The notes beneath the pieces are model-generated. The model was given only the letters and a program-made list of their open reading frames with translations, was not told the DNA's origin and made no database searches. Source: an uncultured Oscillospiraceae bacterium (GTDB lineage Bacteria > Bacillota > Clostridia > Oscillospirales > Oscillospiraceae). From it: a stretch of DNA of 50,666 bases. A program made the position numbers and the translations under genes. Below, one piece after another: positions 46,832 to 50,666 of this stretch. The stretch spans positions 1 to 50,666 of the forward strand of contig CAYXVN010000001.1 of NCBI GenBank assembly GCA_964468565.1, given 5' to 3'. Every line of letters starts with the position of its first letter. Positions within the stretch are counted from its first letter, which is position 1.

Positions 46832-47254
46832 TCTGGCGATCCGGATGGCCTGCAGGCCTCTGTCCGGCAGAGTGCTCCGGTGGCCATCTTCCCCGGAGGA
46901 GGCCCTGCCATCTGGAAGGGGAGTCTGCACCGGCTCATTGCGGGGAGCAGTGCATGCTGCCGGAGCTTCCGGAGGAAAAGAGTTGGTCCCAGGAAAGGAT
47001 CGTGGCAGCACCGGTCTGTCAGGGGCCCCAGGTGAGGAGCGGAAGGTGCAGGGGGCCTGTGCCTGGCGCCATGGCCATATTGCGGCAGCTCCGGTGGAGA
47101 GGGCCGCTGCAGAAGGTGTTTTGGACACGGAGAATACTTCGGCGGGGAGAAGACGGGTTCTGCCGGTCCGGGAACCGGGGGGGATTCGTTTCGGGAGGAC
47201 AGAAAGAGGTCCGGCCCGGACAGGAAGTTCCAGAACGGAAACCTGAAGTTGCAG

Positions 47255-47283
47255 TTGCGTCGGGAGAGGGGATATGATATATT
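47255..47283 (+). promoter_or_regulatory. SigA-type promoter of helicase gene
   Basis: TTGCGT-17 bp-TATATT with TG extension. Confidence 0.5.
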
Positions 47284-47324
47284 CGTATGGAATACAACGA
47301 GGAAACCGGAAGGGAGCAGTGCCC

Positions 47325-50300
47325 ATGAAATTCAGGCCCCAGAGAACCGTCATTAACGGGCAGGAGTATCAGTATGTGGAGGATCTGCCGGGGGTGGAGG
47401 GGGGAACCTGGTTTGTCATCTGTGCAGACAGCAGAGGGAACCGCTATGTCTGCACGGCAGAGGTGTGGATCCGGAGCCCGGAGGCTGCTTCGGCGGGGGG
47501 AAATCCCGGAGCGGCGCAGGGGATGGTCCCCGCTGCAGCGGAGGTCTCTGTCCCCAGACCGGCTCCGGCAGCCGTTGCTCCGGCTTCGGGGTGGACCGGT
47601 CAGAGCCGCTCATTGCGGGAGGAGAAGCTGGAGAGGCAGATCAGTCTCTTTCTGTCCCTGTTCAGGGGTCGGGAGGATGTGTACGCCCTGCGGTTTGAAA
47701 ATCGCAGGACGGATAAGCGGGGCTACAGTTTTGTCTGTGCCAACAAATGGGACCGGAATCTGTGTGACATCAAAAAGGACGGGAAGAAGGGGAAATGCTC
47801 TGGGAAGTGCCCGGGACGCAGTTACTGCCCCATGACCAGGGAGGCAGTGCGCAGCCACCTGATGGGCGAGGATCCGAACTGCGAGGATGTGCTGGGAGCC
47901 TATCCGCTGGAACCGGATGATACCACCACCTTTCTGGCACTGGATCTGGATGAGGCCTCCTGGAAGGAGGATGTGACCGCCCTGCGGGAGACCTGCAAAA
48001 TCACAGGGGTGACACCTGCCGTGGAGCGCTCCCGGTCTGGAAACGGCGCCCACATCTGGTTTTTCTTTTCCGAGAAGGTGAAGGCGGCCACAGCCCGGAG
48101 ATTCGGCTGCAGTCTGGTGACCTGCACCATGGCACGCTGCGGCCGGATGTCCTTTCAATCCTATGACCGCATGTTTCCCAATCAGGATTATCTGCCCAAG
48201 GGCGGGCTGGGGAACCTGATTGCCCTCCCCCTGCAGGGGAAGGCCAGAAAGCAGGGAAATTCCGTGTTCATCGACGAGAAGTTTGAACCCTATCACGACC
48301 AGTGGAAGTTCCTGGGGGACCTGCCCCGCATCCGGCCGGACGAACTGGAGGCCTTTCTGTACCGGATGGGAGAGAGTAACCTGGGGGACACCACACCGAT
48401 GGTGGAGCCGGATGAGAAGAAGCCCCTGCCCCGACAGCGTGCGGGCCGGAAACTGCAGCGGAAGGATTTTCCGGACCAGGTGACGGTTGGGCTGAGAAGC
48501 ATGGTCTTTGTGAAGAAGAAGGGACTCTCTCCCCAGGCCATGGATGCCATCCGGCGACTGGCGGTGGTGCCCAATCCGGAATTCTACGAGAAACAGCGCA
48601 ATCGCATTCCCATGAACCTTTACGGCAAAACGTATACCCCCCGGGTCATTGACTGCGGCTATGAGGATGAAGTGTATCTGGGAATTCCCCGGGGCGGGCG
48701 CCAGGCTCTGATGGATCTGCTGGAGGCAAACGGTGTACCGGTGCAGGTGCGGGACGAGCGTGAAAATGGGAGGCCCATTGATGTCTCCTTTCTCGGGAAA
48801 CTGCGCCCGGAGCAGGAGGCCGCCGCCAATGCCCTGCTGGAGGGGGAGATCGGAATCCTGCAGGCGGCTACCGCCTTCGGCAAGACGGTGGTGGGGGCAT
48901 ACCTGATCGCCGCAAGGAAGGTGAACACCCTGATTCTGGTGAATTCCAATGCCCTGCAGGAACAGTGGAAGAAGGCTCTGGAGCAGTTTCTGGAGATCCG
49001 GGAGGTGGTGCCGGAAGCGCTGAGGGGCCGCCGGAAGGATCTGTCTCCCATCGGGCAGCTGGGGGGAGGCAGAAAGGACAGATACGGCTTTGTGGACATT
49101 GCCAACGTGCAGTCCATGTTCAGCAAGAAGGACACTGAAGCGGAGCGGATCGTGAAGCCCCTGATCCGCGATTACGGGATGATCATCGTGGATGAGTGCC
49201 ACCACGGGGCAGCCAGGACCCACGAGCGGGTTCTGGGTGCGGCGCCTGCCCGCTATGTCTACGGTCTGACCGCCACACCAAAACGGAAGGACGGCCTGGA
49301 GTCCATCTTCTTCCTGCACTGCGGCCCCATTGTCTACCGGCATACCGGGAGGGAGACCGGGGAGGGTCAGGAGTTCCTCCGGTATATGATCCCCTGCTTC
49401 ACAAAGATGCACCTGTCGGAGCCGGTCACCTATCTGGAGGCCTGCAATGCCATGGTGGACCACCGGGTGCGCAACACCCAGATTTTGTCCGATGCCGTGG
49501 ATGCCGTTGCCAGAGGCAGGACCCCGATCCTGCTGACGGGACGCACGGAACATGCCAGGAACCTGGCGAAGGCCCTGGAGGGCAAGGCGGACCATGTGTT
49601 TCTGCTGATCGGCAGTGAGAAGCTGAAGATAAAGCGGGAGAAGCTGGCGGCGCTCCGGCATGTGTCGGACCAGGAGTCCCTCATTCTGGTGGCCACGTAC
49701 AGCTACGTGGGTGAGGGATTTGACTTCCCCCGCCTGGATACCCTGCTGCTCACCATGCCGATCTCCTTTGAGGGGAGGGTGGAACAGTACACCGGCCGGA
49801 TCCACCGTACCTGCAAGGGGAAGGCGGAGGTGATCGTCTACGACTACGTGGATGTTCATGTCCCCGTACTGGAGCGCATGTACCACAAGAGGCTGAAGGC
49901 ATACGGATGCATCGGCTATAAGGTCTGGTCCGGCCGTCCGGAGGAGATTACCAGCCGCATCTTCAACGGCAGCAAATGGCAGGAGCCCTTTCAGGAGGAC
50001 CTGGAGATGGCCCGCAGCAGCATCCGGATTGTCAGTCCCAGGCTGCAGAGCCAGCGGATCGGGGCCGTACTTCCGGTTCTGAAGGCGGCGGTGGCCAGGG
50101 GAGTGAGTGTGACGGTATATACCCGCTACCCGGAGGAGGCCGGGCAGGCCTGGGACAGTGCAAACGGGTGCATCCGTACGCTGAGGGAGGCGGAAGTTGC
50201 CGTGGAGATTCACGGGAGCTATCAGCAGTGCTGTGCGGTGGTGGATGGACGGATCACCTGGCACGGCAGCATCTGTTTCCTGGGTCCTTCCACCGACGAG

Positions 50301-50408
50301 GACAGTGCGCTGCGCTATGTGAACGCCGACCTGGCCGGGGAGCTGATGGAGGCCGTGGAGGACTGCAGAAACGGGGTCTGCGGAGAGCAGATGATGATGG
50401 ACCTGTGA
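47325..50408 (+). CDS. AEP primase (TOTE-like) + ResIII/DEAD-type SF2 helicase + degenerate PLD-like domain fusion
   Basis: LFRGREDVYA, LALDLD, ERSRSGNGAHIW, DRMFPNQD, GNLIALPLQG; AATAFGKT, VDECHH, TAT, QYTGRIHR; C-terminal ARSSIRIVSP...AVVDGRITWHGS. Confidence 0.88.
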   Translation: MKFRPQRTVINGQEYQYVEDLPGVEGGTWFVICADSRGNRYVCTAEVWIRSPEAASAGGNPGAAQGMVPAAAEVSVPRPAPAAVAPASGWTGQSRSLREEKLERQISLFLSLFRGREDVYALRFENRRTDKRGYSFVCANKWDRNLCDIKKDGKKGKCSGKCPGRSYCPMTREAVRSHLMGEDPNCEDVLGAYPLEPDDTTTFLALDLDEASWKEDVTALRETCKITGVTPAVERSRSGNGAHIWFFFSEKVKAATARRFGCSLVTCTMARCGRMSFQSYDRMFPNQDYLPKGGLGNLIALPLQGKARKQGNSVFIDEKFEPYHDQWKFLGDLPRIRPDELEAFLYRMGESNLGDTTPMVEPDEKKPLPRQRAGRKLQRKDFPDQVTVGLRSMVFVKKKGLSPQAMDAIRRLAVVPNPEFYEKQRNRIPMNLYGKTYTPRVIDCGYEDEVYLGIPRGGRQALMDLLEANGVPVQVRDERENGRPIDVSFLGKLRPEQEAAANALLEGEIGILQAATAFGKTVVGAYLIAARKVNTLILVNSNALQEQWKKALEQFLEIREVVPEALRGRRKDLSPIGQLGGGRKDRYGFVDIANVQSMFSKKDTEAERIVKPLIRDYGMIIVDECHHGAARTHERVLGAAPARYVYGLTATPKRKDGLESIFFLHCGPIVYRHTGRETGEGQEFLRYMIPCFTKMHLSEPVTYLEACNAMVDHRVRNTQILSDAVDAVARGRTPILLTGRTEHARNLAKALEGKADHVFLLIGSEKLKIKREKLAALRHVSDQESLILVATYSYVGEGFDFPRLDTLLLTMPISFEGRVEQYTGRIHRTCKGKAEVIVYDYVDVHVPVLERMYHKRLKAYGCIGYKVWSGRPEEITSRIFNGSKWQEPFQEDLEMARSSIRIVSPRLQSQRIGAVLPVLKAAVARGVSVTVYTRYPEEAGQAWDSANGCIRTLREAEVAVEIHGSYQQCCAVVDGRITWHGSICFLGPSTDEDSALRYVNADLAGELMEAVEDCRNGVCGEQMMMDL

Positions 50409-50569
50409 GGGCAGAGACCGGGACGGGAACCGGGGGAATGCTGCCTCCGGATCACCGGACCGGACCAAAGGAAACCAGACCGTGGGCCCTCTCGGGAAGG
50501 GCGGCTCACGGTCTGGTGGAGATCTTCTGCCAGGAGGCGGGGACGCAGTGCCCAGCGGTAAGATGCCTG

Positions 50570-50610
50570 AAGAAAAAGAAAACCCGCCGCAGGCAATGCC
50601 TGCGGCGGGT
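50570..50610 (-). terminator. Intrinsic terminator after tRNA
   Basis: ACCCGCCGCAGGC-ATT-GCCTGCGGCGGGT then TTTCTTTTTT on the minus strand. Confidence 0.85.
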
Positions 50611-50611
50611 C

Positions 50612-50666
50612 TGGTGGATGAGGGTGGATTCGAACCACCGAAGCGATCACGCAACAGATTTACAGT
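50612..50666 (-). tRNA. tRNA-Tyr(GTA), 3' portion (5' end outside window)
   Basis: Reverse complement ACTGTAAATCTG...GGTGGTTCGAATCCACCCTCATCCACCA: GTA anticodon, long variable arm, T-loop, CCA end. Confidence 0.93.

Noticed and set aside
47610-50654. 1014-aa minus-strand ORF and other long antisense ORFs (e.g. 17210-19570, 22178-24295, 11030-12688)
   Set aside because: Expected shadows of high-GC3 genes; no motifs and no RBS.

Overview
High-GC Bacillota chromosomal window (gene content suggests Clostridia, probably Oscillospiraceae; this is inference). No integrase, transposase, phage gene or CRISPR array was seen. Left to right: a partial acyl-CoA dehydratase activase, an orphan XRE regulator and a secreted transglutaminase-like protein. 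Next is a divergent module: a VTC/TTM-DUF4956-Cthe_2159 operon, an OmpR-type two-component system and a GldA/F/G-DUF4340 ABC exporter; both flanking operons carry an identical TTTCAG-N5-TTTCAGC-N9-(-10) promoter. Then come cls, an AI-2E transporter, pullulanase, YcxB-like, PatB, PHP and carboxylesterase genes, a CitA/CitB-GltS-TAXI module and a hyper-acidic SWIM protein. A ~14 kb nucleoside-salvage block follows (punA, deoB, nucleoside hydrolase, Ugp-like ABC, HAD, epimerase) with two paralogous Crp/Fnr regulators and a candidate GGGAC-N4-GTCCC operator at about -41 and -91.5, bracketed by a ~125 bp diverged direct repeat. The window ends with an AEP primase-SF2 helicase-degenerate PLD fusion and the 3' part of tRNA-Tyr. 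Best candidates for undescribed systems: the co-regulated VTC + Gld-ABC module and the Crp/Fnr nucleoside regulon. All family calls are by motif recognition; no searches were run.
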